Of a stretch of DNA of 64,000 nucleotides, positions 52,653-64,000 are shown one piece after another. The stretch comes from Schmidtea polychroa (lineage: Eukaryota). Every line of letters begins with the position of its first letter. The stretch's first letter is position 1. Below the pieces are notes generated by a model. It was given only the letters and a program-made list of their open reading frames with translations. It had not been told where the DNA came from and ran no database searches. The translations under genes were made by a program, and so were the position numbers. The stretch lies in NCBI GenBank assembly GCA_044892525.1, contig CM097887.1, positions 142,640,397 to 142,704,396 on the forward strand. The letters run 5' to 3'.

Positions 52653-53316
52653 CTATAATAATATAATTGCCATTAATAATATAATATTCACTTTTGACTT
52701 AAATACCAATTTTAACTGTCATTTATATTATAGCATTTATAATATACATGAAATATTCAATGGAAAATTTTACAAAAAGTAGATAATATTTTAAGATTTT
52801 TAAAAATAAATTAATATTCATTAACATCCAGTTTGTCTCCAAACATAATTTTCAGCAAAAATCACAGCAAGTTCTAGAAATGGTATTTGGATTTGTAACG
52901 TTTATTAAATATTTTTATAATAAAACCTTAATTTTTTGTTGTCCTTCAATGCTTTCTTTAAATCCTTTTGTAAGATACATATTTATTCAATTGCAGTTAG
53001 AAAAATAAAAAATTCAGTTTGAAAAAAATTGTAGCAAAAGCTTAATTTTTAATGTATATAATCTTTACAACATATTTTTACCAAAAAACCTAGAATAATT
53101 ATTGGCATACTTGAGCTCGATATTATTCTTGGAACCTTAGCTTCTTTTAAAACTGTTAAAATTTAAGAAATATGAAAATAAAATTTATTTGTATTTCATA
53201 AATAAATTTTAAATTAATTATTAAATATATTTTATTTTTTAATTATAAAAAATATTTTTTTAAAAATACAAATATAAATGAGATGTGATGCGTTTAAAGT
53301 AATTTTTGCAATATTT

Positions 53317-53317
<1 letters not shown>

Positions 53318-53390
<73 letters not shown>
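53318..53390. repeat. (AAT)~24 microsatellite
   Basis: Direct read. Further AAT runs at about 53748-53793, 56009-56050 and 63641-63730. Confidence 0.97.
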
Positions 53391-53392
<2 letters not shown>

Positions 53393-53639
53393 GGATAAAT
53401 AATTTTTTAAAATTTTCTATTTTACTCTAATTATTACTTTTTAATTTATTATATATTTTTTAATTTCTTTATATATTGTCAGTTATTCTCAAGGTCAATG
53501 ACAACAGATCAAATTCATGATTTCATTGATTTCTTCTTTAGTGTTGATCTTGAATTAAGAGAAAAAATGAATAGAAAGAATTAATAGAAAGGAAATAAAA
53601 GAAAGATTGAAATGTATTTCGGGGAAGAACACTGCTAAA

Positions 53640-53745
53640 TTCCAGGAGATTGACAAGGACTATCTTATAGTCGAAATTTTTTTTCATTAAATACATTATT
53701 TGCAGCAAAAGGCTTAAATTATCATTTTATTGTTTTAAATAATAA
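53640..53745 (+). repeat. Dispersed repeat family B (second copy forms the fold-back at 55834-55990)
   Basis: gattgacaaggactatcttatagtcgaaattttt..cattaaatacattatttgcagcaaaaggcttaaattat, followed by AAT-rich tails. Confidence 0.85.
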
Positions 53746-53746
53746 A

Positions 53747-53777
<31 letters not shown>

Positions 53778-55159
53778 TAATAATAATAATAATCTAAAGA
53801 TGAAGAAGAAAAATTAGTAGAAGAATAAGGATAATATAAAATCTACCTCCGAAATTTATGTACCTAATCTAGACTGAAATTTGTTTTGGGGTATGATCCA
53901 GAACATTGAGTTCCATAGGAGGGGAAAAAATTAAAATTTACACGTTATGAAATAAATAAAATAACTTTATTTAAAGGATAAATAATCCAAGCAAATGATT
54001 AGTTTAAACTTAAAACTCCTATCACAACTTAAAATTTAAAACTTTCAACAGTAGTAAAGAGTATTTCGCAAACCGTTTTTAAGAAGTTTATCGCAGTTTT
54101 CTGTTATTATCTATGCGTGGAAATACTATGGAAACTAAATGTATTTTGATAATACATGAATTGTTAATTCTGGAACAGTTTCTGGGACTCGTATCTACGC
54201 AGGACACAGAGCTAGAAACCGGGAAGAAAAAATTGCTAATGTGATAAATTAATAAATAATAAATAGTTGAGATTAAATATTTAAAAAAAATTAAATGTAA
54301 ATTCCATACTAAAATTTGTTATTTAATTAAATTAACAATGAGAATATAATTAAACAAACATGTTTCAATAAATTATTTGATAATTTGTAATGAAACGATT
54401 TCAATGGTAAATTGTACACATTTCCTTCACGGTGACAGAGAAGCAACGATATTTAAAGAAAATGATCAAATAGTTTCTGACACAAAAATTAATGAATCGG
54501 TTGACAGTTTAAAAATCATAGTAAAACAGCTGTCTTTTGATTATTCCCCCACGAACAGTGGTTTTTTCAGTAACATCTAATCTTATTTCATAAATGCCAT
54601 ACATTTGACGTTTTCTCTTTAACCATATTAAGTTTGAAAGTTGAAAATATTTTTTATTATTATTGTTACATATAAAACCAGCAAATTTTACGGTTTATTT
54701 TTCTCTCTACTTTATATATGATTGACGCTAATGATCCATTTGAAACATCCAGAAAGCAGTTGTAAAGTATATTTTATAAAATTTGACATAGAAAAAGATT
54801 ATCATGTGTGTATTACTGGAAAATTATATTTGTAAATTTAAATGAAAAATGTAATTTATTTTATGTTTAAATATCGAATGACATAGAAAATTATTTTTGT
54901 GGAATGTAAAAAAAATTGAAACTAAATTTATTTTAAAAATAAGGATGGTATGACTTTCAGAAGTTTTCAAAACACATTTAAATACATTTTTTATATTTCA
55001 TATAACTAAAGATAAATGAAATTTATTCAATTCAAACAAATATAAACTTTTAGAAATCTGTATCTAGTTTGAAATAAATATAAGTTTACAGTCGTAGGAA
55101 AATGAAAAAAAAAGAAATTGAAAATATTCGATCAATGTTGAGTCATATCAATTATTTAA

Positions 55160-55383
55160 CCCATTACCACTCACTGTACTCACATGGGTTCACTTGTTAA
55201 AGGCGTGATTTCATGTTTTCCTATAATGATTATTCTGGAAGTAGTGACTCATTTCAACAATATATATCTCTCTACTTTATGTTGACTACCTATATCTCAC
55301 TACTTTATTCATGTATTTTATTATATAGATGAGACCGCTAGACCTTTTAGATTACGCGTTGTTTTCTTTTGGGCATTAATGGG
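55160..55383. mobile_element. piggyBac-type MITE, 224 bp
   Basis: TTAA|CCCATTA...TAATGGG|TTAA. Confidence 0.6.
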
Positions 55384-55833
55384 TTAAACTGAATGTATTT
55401 GTGAAATAAGATATCAAAGTATCGTTTATATCAACCACATTAACGTTTATTTTTCTCGCTAATCTTCTCGGCAAACTTTTATCACATATTATCTATTTTT
55501 GTTTAAAAAGAATATAAAAATAATAAAATTTTCTATACTGTATTTTTTTTAATCAGTAAAAAAGGCTGTGTCGAAAATTTGTGAATATCAAAAAATATCG
55601 ATATCTTTACTGATTCATAGTCAAGCTTTTTATAAATACATTGCTAGTTGAAAAGAAATCAAAGGTGAAAATCGAAAANNNNNNNNNNNNNNNNNNNNNN
55701 NNNNNNNNNNNNNNNNNNNNNNNNNNNNNNNNNNNNNNNNNNNNNNNNNNNNNNNNNNNNNNNNNNNNNNNNNNNNNNNNNNNNNNNNNNNNNNNNNNNN
55801 NNNNNNNNNNNNNNNNNNNNNNNNNNNNNNNNN

Positions 55834-55948
55834 CCTTTTGCTGCAAATAATGTATTTAATGAAAAAATTTTCGACTATAAGATAGTCCTTGTCAATCTAT
55901 CTTATAGTCGAAAATTTTTTCATTAAATACATTATTTGCAGCAAAAGG
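55834..55948. repeat. Perfect palindrome with 52-bp arms and an 11-nt loop, abutting an N gap
   Basis: 55834-55885 is the reverse complement of 55897-55948. Confidence 0.9.
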
Positions 55949-56006
55949 CTTAAATTATTGTTTTATTGTTTTAAATAATAAATGCTGCTACCAAGAAATC
56001 ATCACT

Positions 56007-56050
<44 letters not shown>

Positions 56051-56510
56051 TTTTATGATCATGATGATCATAATCATTTTATTATTTGACAAATAAAATT
56101 TTTATGACGTTTGTTAATCATTTGGCTTTCACAATTTACAGTTTACCCAAAATATATTCTGATTAATCATAAAAACATTAATAAAATCTAAATGATTGAT
56201 GCCTTATTTGCTAATGACGCAAAAAACATTTTATTCTCAGTATTAAAATAAACAAAAATGAAATAAAAACTGTTGAAATCAATGGCTCTTAAATTTCATT
56301 AATTGTCCTTGGATAATCTAAACATATTATAATTTGAGGAAACATTTCAATATAAATAATGAGCGATTTTATTATATTGTCAGAATTTAAACGGATAGGT
56401 AAATTAAAATTATAAAAATAATTAAAATCGTGCTTTATTATATAAGTGTAGGCTTTAAATTAATTTTAAGATATTATCAGTTTTTTCAGAAACTAATGCC
56501 GAAAATTTAA

Positions 56511-56686
56511 ATGTTTGCGGACGGAATTAATTTTAATAAGTAGTATTTTAATATATTATTTTTTAGCATAAAATCGTTTAGTATACGAATGCCCGATATC
56601 GTGGTAATTTTTTTAAAGTTTGGTCAGCACAGAACGTCTGGAACAAAATTCGTGGCCAACGGTGCTGGCCTACCGTCCGCAAACGG
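56511..56686. mobile_element. piggyBac-type MITE, 176 bp
   Basis: TTAA|atgtttgcggacgg...ccgtccgcaaacgg|TTAA; TIR 12/14. Confidence 0.7.
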
Positions 56687-56732
56687 TTAAGGAAAAATTT
56701 TAAAAATGAATAAATCAATTACTGTTTAATTA

Positions 56733-58003
56733 TTCCTACTTCACATATGTTCATATGAAACTGAAAATTTGTAAATTATACTTATTTATATTACTAAGTG
56801 TTTCCCGTTAGTTCCAAGCTGTAATTACACACACGAATGATCTTTTAAGTACAATATGAGTGATTTGATGTGGAATGGACTCAACAATGCCTTTACACTG
56901 TACGCCATAGGTGTCTATTCACGTGACGCACAACGGATAAAAGCTGTTGGTGTGTTATATGTAAGCTTTATAAGGTGTGCGGACATGGTAGGCACATCAT
57001 ATTTTTGTACAGTTGGAAAAGCGGATCAGATTTCTCCAGAGGTTACAACAAAATAATCAATTTGAATCAGCATCCAATTCACTCAATCCACTCTGACTCA
57101 GACTGAAATCGCACAACAATGTGGTGTGTCACAACGAATTAGCAGCATCATCAAACGTCACCGAACAATAGGATCATCAACTCCTTTGCCACGATATGGT
57201 CAACCGAAGAAGACAACTGATCAAACAGACAAACTAATACTCCGTGAGGTACACATAAATTCTTTCATCATTGCAAGCCATATTATGTCGAATGTGGGTT
57301 ATGTGCTTAGTTCTGTAAGTTTATCAACACTCAAGAGCAGATTAGTGAATTAATTTAATATGTGCGCCAATAAATCAGTCAAGAATCTACTTAAAGCACA
57401 GACATGTGGAAACTCTACGTTTTATGGCTATGTACGTGGAAATGCTCCAGACAAAGCATCAATTATAGGTCGTGTTACAGCAATTTTTAAGCAAGATTCC
57501 GATTGATATCACACTGCTAAATGTTTAATGCAGTGCTACGAAGACCAGAACATCCAGGTGCTTACCCAACCGGGTAACAGCCCCTACTTGAATCCCATTA
57601 AAAATTTGATGAAAAAGATAGACACAGGCGACATACAGGACATACATCAGTTATCATAGAATAAAAGACGCCAGGTGCTCAGAACTAACACCTGAGCAAT
57701 GCAATTAACTTATTAAAGCCATGCCACGTTAAATCACTACTGTATTGATAAACAAGAGGTTCACGACTAAATATTGGTTATCATGATTACAAGACAAGTG
57801 TGCTGTTTTATGGTAGGTTTTATCGCTTGTTTGCTGTACTGTAATTGTATTCCAATACCTTCCATTTTCGTATTTGACTCATTTTGTACTTAAAAGGTCG
57901 TTAATGTGTACGATTACAGCTTGGAACTAATGGGACACTTAGCAAGTTTAAATAAGTATAATTTACAAGTTTTCAGTCCCATAGTAACGTATTGGAAGCA
58001 CTG
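56733..58003 (+). mobile_element. Internally deleted Tc1-family transposon with long TIRs
   Basis: Inverted repeats over 100 bp (ctgaaaa.ttgtaaattatacttattt..ctaagtgt..ccc.ttagttccaagctgtaat..cttttaagtacaa). Transposase remnants SQTEIAQQCGVSQ..PRYGQPKKTT and HTAKC..QVLTQPGNSPYLNPIKNL. Ends are approximate. Confidence 0.88.
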
Positions 58004-61000
58004 AAACACTGGATCGAAAATTTTGATTTAGTGTAAGACTTAAAATTCCTAATAATTCATACTTAAACTTTAAATGCGAATTATTATGAAATCAATTTAT
58101 CTGAATTGAATTTGGTTTAATCATTAATCTATTGAATATATTCAATTTGAATTGATAGAAAATATGATAATTTTTATTGTGTATTTTCTTTGGTCAAAGA
58201 TTTTCATTATTTGAATTTTGTTTCTTTGTAAATGTTGTGTGTTGTGTTTGATTACTAAATCAATGATTAGTTACTGTTACAAGTACTAGATATGGTGCTA
58301 TGAATAAATGTATAAATAAATGTTCTCGACTTTTTTTATTTATTATTCTTGCCACATTTTTTATAATCACAACATATTTCATTTAATATATTGATGTATA
58401 TCACAGTATTGATGTCTTTTATTATCTATCATGTAACTTACAAACTTAAAAATGGGAGGTGAAAAGGGGCCTCATAAGAACCTTATAAGTTATAATGTAA
58501 ATATTATTCAAAAAATTAAAGATGTAATTAATACATTAATTAAATTAATATACTAAATTTCATGAAAATTTTAAGCTAAACTATTATTGGAATATGTAAG
58601 TTTGATGATGTGAAAGATTTGACTTAATATATGAAATGAATGTCTAAGTTTATGTCACTTTTATTAAATAAGATGAGATTTCAAACCATTATTTCATAGG
58701 GAAAACAGCTGGAGTACTCAAGATTTATTTGCAATCTTTATAAATACTAAGAATCTAATCCATGCTTTTGTAAAATTTATGATAATTTTGTGTTGTTCAT
58801 TAAAAATATTATGATGCAAAGGTTTGGTGTTCGTGACTTGATTGTGTTGTGAATGCGTTCATAGAATACCATGCCGATAAAATAAACTTAATTATTCATT
58901 ATTGAGTGATATGATCATGTCAGATACTTTTGACCATACTCTTGGGGTTGGACGAGCTCATTTGTTCAGCGTGTCATTTNNNNNNNNNNNNNNNNNNNNN
59001 NNNNNNNNNNNNNNNNNNNNNNNNNNNNNNNNNNNNNNNNNNNNNNNNNNNNNNNNNNNNNNNNNNNNNNNNNNNNNNNNNNNNNNNNNNNNNNNNNNNN
59101 NNNNNNNNNNNNNNNNNNNNNNNNNNNNNNNNNNNNNNNNNNNNNNNNNNNNNNNNNNNNNNTGCGAATTATTATTAACTAAACATTATGGGAAAATAGG
59201 TTTTTGAATATAATAGAAATGTATGAAGAAAATTCGACAGAAATAAGTGAATGTATGGAAATTATGAAAAAGAAGAGAAATTATAACCGCCATTAGGTAA
59301 TTATAGTCTCCAAATAAAACGACTATTTTGAAAGAATCAGATATGATTCAAATTAGAAAATTTTGTTGGTATAGGAAATGGAAGTAAACAAAAAAGATAA
59401 ATACAAATATTAAAGAAGATTATTCTGAAAACTGTTTCAATACGTCTTAAATGAATAAATTTAATTGTTACGCACATCTAAATATTATTTCTTTTGTAAA
59501 ACCTATAGTCAAAGAATAAATATTATTATTTTGACAAAATATTTAATCAAGCATATTATACCACTAAATATAAAAATGCATCTCAATAGAAATAATATTT
59601 GATTTAATAATTTCGATAATTTTTCTTACTAATTTTTGAAAATCGGGAAATAAATAAAAAATTATCAAAGCATCTCTAGAAATTTTACCGAGATCCTATC
59701 AGAATCTTCATAAATATTATCTCTAAATATAAATTCTATAATTGTTTAATTGGACTTATCTCAATGAAATGTGAAAGAGAAAGAAATGAAATGTTGAATT
59801 TGTCATTTGATTAGAGAGATAATATCTATTATTATGGCAAGGAGTAGACATTCGTTAAATAGACATTCATCAATTAGTAGCATGGTTCCAAGAATGATAA
59901 GATTAATTGAAAATTCTAATTGATGAGATATATAAACAAAATAAATGCAATAACAACATTTACTGAAACCGATTTATACGAATTAGTTTCATAAAATTTG
60001 CTTTATTTATCAGTTTACTTTAATTAATGTTGAATAGATAAATATAGCACCTAACTTATACTGAAAGACAGTGCCGATTCCTGGATTGTCCTCTATGTTG
60101 GCAAAGAAAGCTTATGTAATAAAATGTAGGTATATTAAAAGGATGAATAGATGGTAAGTTAAGATTTATAATAAACTTATAACTGCATATATACTTTTCT
60201 AAACTTCGTGTTTGCAAACTCTTTTACAAGCTCACCAAAGCCCTTTGTTTTGCAATAACTATACAAAAGGAAATGATAGATATAAAGTTTGTTAACCAAG
60301 GATTGGATTTCAATCGCTTGGGAATAATCCGTACCTTATTTTTAAAAACAGACAATTTCGGCTGAGTTTCATTTTCTGTAGGAATCTATTACTCACTAAA
60401 TTGATATATACACCTGGGTCAAACATTCTACAAGTATTACATCCTTTAACTTAACAATTTACAATCAGATTATTAACTGTTTTCACTAGATTTACCAGAA
60501 ATTTTTCGATGAAAAACTTAAGGAATATTTTTGTTAAACATTCTGTTCTTGACATCGTGTAATGGTTCCATAAAACATTACTTAAATTCTAATAAAATCA
60601 AAGTTCTATATATGCCAATGTGTAACATGTCAAATGTTATTAGCATTAATTACATCTTATATCAATAAATATTTGTTGAAACAAGAAAATGTTTGATTAA
60701 GTTAAGATTTAGTCTGGCCATCGCCAAATAATATAGAAATACGTCTTGATCTTGCGTTCACTGTCATGCAGGATGATGTTATTAAATCTGATTATTACAA
60801 TAATTTATATGTGAAATGTATTTCAGTTTAATTGTGAATGTTCACTGTAAGCTATTGATACTTAATGGCAAAAACCTTTGCAATACCTTTGTGTGATTCG
60901 CGAGAAAGTGAACAATAAATTCCAATTAAGTTCTATTTCATTTATATCAGATTGTCTATTTGCTGAATCTTTATTTCTAGATATGTAAATTATTTTCGTC

Positions 61001-61938
61001 ATTCCTCATCATTTATACTTCTTATGTTTCGATTATTTCAGTATGCTTTGACAACATTTGAAATCTTTCATGTTATTCATTCATTGTTGCGTCTAGAATT
61101 GAACGAAATTCTTTTTTACTATCCCGTCATATCAAGAATGATCCAATGTAAAGAAATTGAATGAAGATGCTCTGTCATTCATTACAGTATCAAATTTGAG
61201 ATATGTTGAGTGAACTGTATTAAACTTTTGATATTATTTTTTCTATTCAAGAGATTTTGTGAGTAACCTCTTTAACAATGATACTCAACCTTTTTTTTCT
61301 TCGGGCCACATACATATATATTTATAAAGTGCCATTATTCGTATAACATCAATTTAGTTTAATCTATAGTTGCTTTATTTTTTTTTTTGGGGGGGGGATA
61401 AGTAAAGCAACAGATATTAAAGCAATGAGTTACTTTCAATGAGTATTTTGGATTATCAGTAAAATTTTTTATTTTTTAAGTTATCTTTGATCTTTTTTCT
61501 TTTTCTTTGATATTTCATTTTGAAAAAATTTCAAAATTTTAATTTGACTCAAATCAAACATAACATTTCAATAAATAGAATTGTGTATTTAAGTCATCTT
61601 ATATTACTATTTAACAACAAGCTAATGAATAAAACAATACACATAAAATACAGTTTTTTTATAAATGTTCCTTTTTTAAGAACAATAAAAATATTTTAAT
61701 GATTTTTAACGAGGAACCTTTTTAAATTACTTTACGAAACAAATATGAATCAGTAGAGATATCGATGTTTTTTTGATATTCACAAATTTTCGGTACTGAA
61801 TTTTTCAAGTCATTTCGATATATTTACTGATTCATAGTCAAATTTTTTAATATATACAATGTCAATGGAAAAGAAATCAGAGGTGAAAATAGTAAAAAGT
61901 TCTTATTATATATAAAAATAAAATAGAGAAACAAATAC

Positions 61939-62498
61939 CTCTTCTCCTTCTATATTTGTAAAACATGGATTAGATTCCAATATATCAAATCGGTCGGGTG
62001 AAAGGTATATTTTCTGCGATGAGTTGCAACTATCTGGATACGTGGGATTACAAAAAAATGTTTCTGATCCAGAATCAATGGACAAAAAACTGTTACTATG
62101 ATCATTGCTGATTGAGGATTCAGAATTTTGATTGGAACATTCCCATATGTATGAATTAAGGTTTGTCGATTCGACTCCGTTGAAATAAATAGATTGTGAG
62201 GTAGCGCTATTCGAATGCATAGTGAATGGATAAAAAGCTGACGGACTATTATTGCTACCAATTGAAGGCTTTGCCGTATTATTTGATTGGTTGTAATTAG
62301 GTAAATCATATTGATACAGGTTTTGCATAGGACCTTCTGAATATCCCAACATTTCACTGGCAAGCAGTGGGTCTTTTGAAAATTTGGACTGTTTTGATTT
62401 TATTTCATAAGAATTAATGGAGTTAGAGTTGACATGAGAATCGTAAATGGAGGTTACTGTTGTTGGAAGTACAGCAATTGGTTGAATAATATTATGAT
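61939..62498 (-). CDS. Probable internal exon (~186 aa, Ser/Asn-rich) of an unidentified minus-strand gene
   Basis: ttttctag acceptor, open frame DHNIIQPIAVLPTT..MLGYSEG..TNIEGEE, and a gag|gtattt donor. Confidence 0.65.
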
Positions 62499-62557
62499 CT
62501 AGAAAAGTTTTAAAGTATCAGTCAACTATAAATATTTAAAAATAAATAATTATTTAA

Positions 62558-62758
62558 CACATTGACTACAGGTCAGTCACCTGTGACCGGTGACTGTCTT
62601 CCCAGTGGTACCATAGCAGTCATTCGTGACGAGAACTACTATATTTCTTAGAATGAATAAAACATGATAAATATCGACTAAAACTTTTTTAAAATGTAAA
62701 AAAATGCTATTTTGGCCCTCAGGACAAAACATGTGAAACTTGTGTTACAATCAACGTG
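62558..62758. mobile_element. piggyBac-type MITE, 201 bp
   Basis: TTAA|cacattgact...aatcaacgtg|TTAA; TIR 8/10. Confidence 0.55.
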
Positions 62759-63645
62759 TTAATAATTTAAAAATCCATTTGCAAAATCAAAAAATGTTAT
62801 TCTTTTTTTTAATAGAGATGGGACAGATAAAAGAAATAATAAATTGTAAAATATCAGAATCAANNNNNNNNNNNNNNNNNNNNNNNNNNNNNNNNNNNNN
62901 NNNNNNNNNNNNNNNNNNNNNNNNNNNNNNNNNNNNNNNNNNNNNNNNNNNNNNNNNNNNNNNNNNNNNNNNNNNNNNNNNNNNNNNNNNNNNNNNNNNN
63001 NNNNNNNNNNNNNNNCACTAGGTGGCAAAATTAAGAAATCAGTTTGCAATAAAATATTAGGTTTTAGAAATTAATTATTTTCAATAAATTAACAAATAAA
63101 AATTGTGAACTGTAAAAATATTTTATTTAAATAAATTTTTATTTTATTTAAGAGCATATTTCAACAAAAAATTACCCAGCAGTTCTTTTATTATTATTTT
63201 TAAATTTTAAATTATGAAAATTGAAAATAATAAATTGTTTTAATTAAAAATTAAAATCATTTAGTTATTAATTTCATATTTTAAAGAATTTAGAAGGTTC
63301 CAATATCTTATATATAATTGTGAATGTAGGTATGTATGTATTTTTGTTACAATTTCTAAATAAAGAAATTTTTAAATTGAATCCAATATAAAAATCCTTA
63401 TAAATTGTATTATCACATAATGTACGGGCTGTATTTTTTAATATAACCCGTATCCTTTCGGGAGTTTGTAAAATTTGGTATAGACCACAGATTATGTACG
63501 GAAAACTACGATACTCCCTTGAAGGTAAATTTGTTAATAAGAAATGAGAAGTATTTTTAATCTTTTAATGAAAAAAGTTAGTGAAACATTTTAATCAACC
63601 TCTAGTACTTCAAACAATAGCTTCTTCTCCAAAATTTAAACATAA

Positions 63646-63698
<53 letters not shown>

Positions 63699-64000
63699 TT
63701 AATTATAATTATAATAATAATTATAATAATAAATATTTAATAAACAAATTGATCCACAACTCTTAACACAGTCGCACCATACTTTAGTAATAATTTACAA
63801 TAACTGACATTTAAATAAGTAAGATTTTAATTAAATTTTTCATTTTTTTTCAATTTCATTTATTTTATCTGAAAAATAAATGAAATAATAAATCATAACC
63901 TGTCAGTTGGTATAACAAATCAAAATATCGCAAGATAATTTAATACGGTAAAAATCTAGAAGAAAGGTGTTAAATGACACTTTCCAAAAACTTATTTAAA

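Noticed and set aside
60714-60830. Plus-strand peptide WPSPNNIEIRLDL resembling FPNPKNVQIHLDL in the 52.5-kb exon
   Set aside because: Only 13 residues, on the opposite strand, in a short frame without clear splice support; likely chance.
55607-63049. ORFs containing X runs (55607, 55641, 58902, 58930, 62740, 62759)
   Set aside because: They are open only because they cross N gaps.
63581-63766. Poly-Asn ORF
   Set aside because: Translation of an (AAT)n microsatellite.

Overview
AT-rich (roughly 25% GC by eye) animal genomic DNA with small GT-AG introns of about 41-50 bp, (AAT)n microsatellites, a TTAGGG tract and four N gaps. A motile-cilia gene (PIERCE family), DNMT2 and a NeSL/LIN-like retroelement together point to a flatworm such as a triclad planarian; this is inference. 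Layout: (1) 1-18683 is a near-perfectly homogenised tandem array of a 442-bp unit carrying tRNA-Arg(CCT) on + and tRNA-Pro(CGG) on -, with 42 complete copies of each; the array runs off the left edge. (2) 18690-21449 is a disrupted ~900-codon ORF with CxxC pairs and three Ulp1/C48-like protease domains. It resembles the N-terminal half of a NeSL/R5-clade site-specific non-LTR retrotransposon and runs directly into the 3' half of a degenerate tRNA-Arg plus array spacer (21450-21524). (3) Three spliced host genes on + that the ORF track shows only as fragments: a 63-aa PIERCE1/2-like gene, an 8-exon ZCWPW1-like gene (424 aa; Gypsy and pogo-like debris in a 4.8-kb intron) and an 8-exon DNMT2/TRDMT1 (361 aa). 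(4) 37-64 kb is mostly transposon debris (orphan GC-rich ORF, hAT, pogo, Tc1, three TTAA-flanked MITEs, fold-back palindromes) plus probable exons of an unidentified minus-strand gene. All gene models and coordinates were derived by hand from the sequence.
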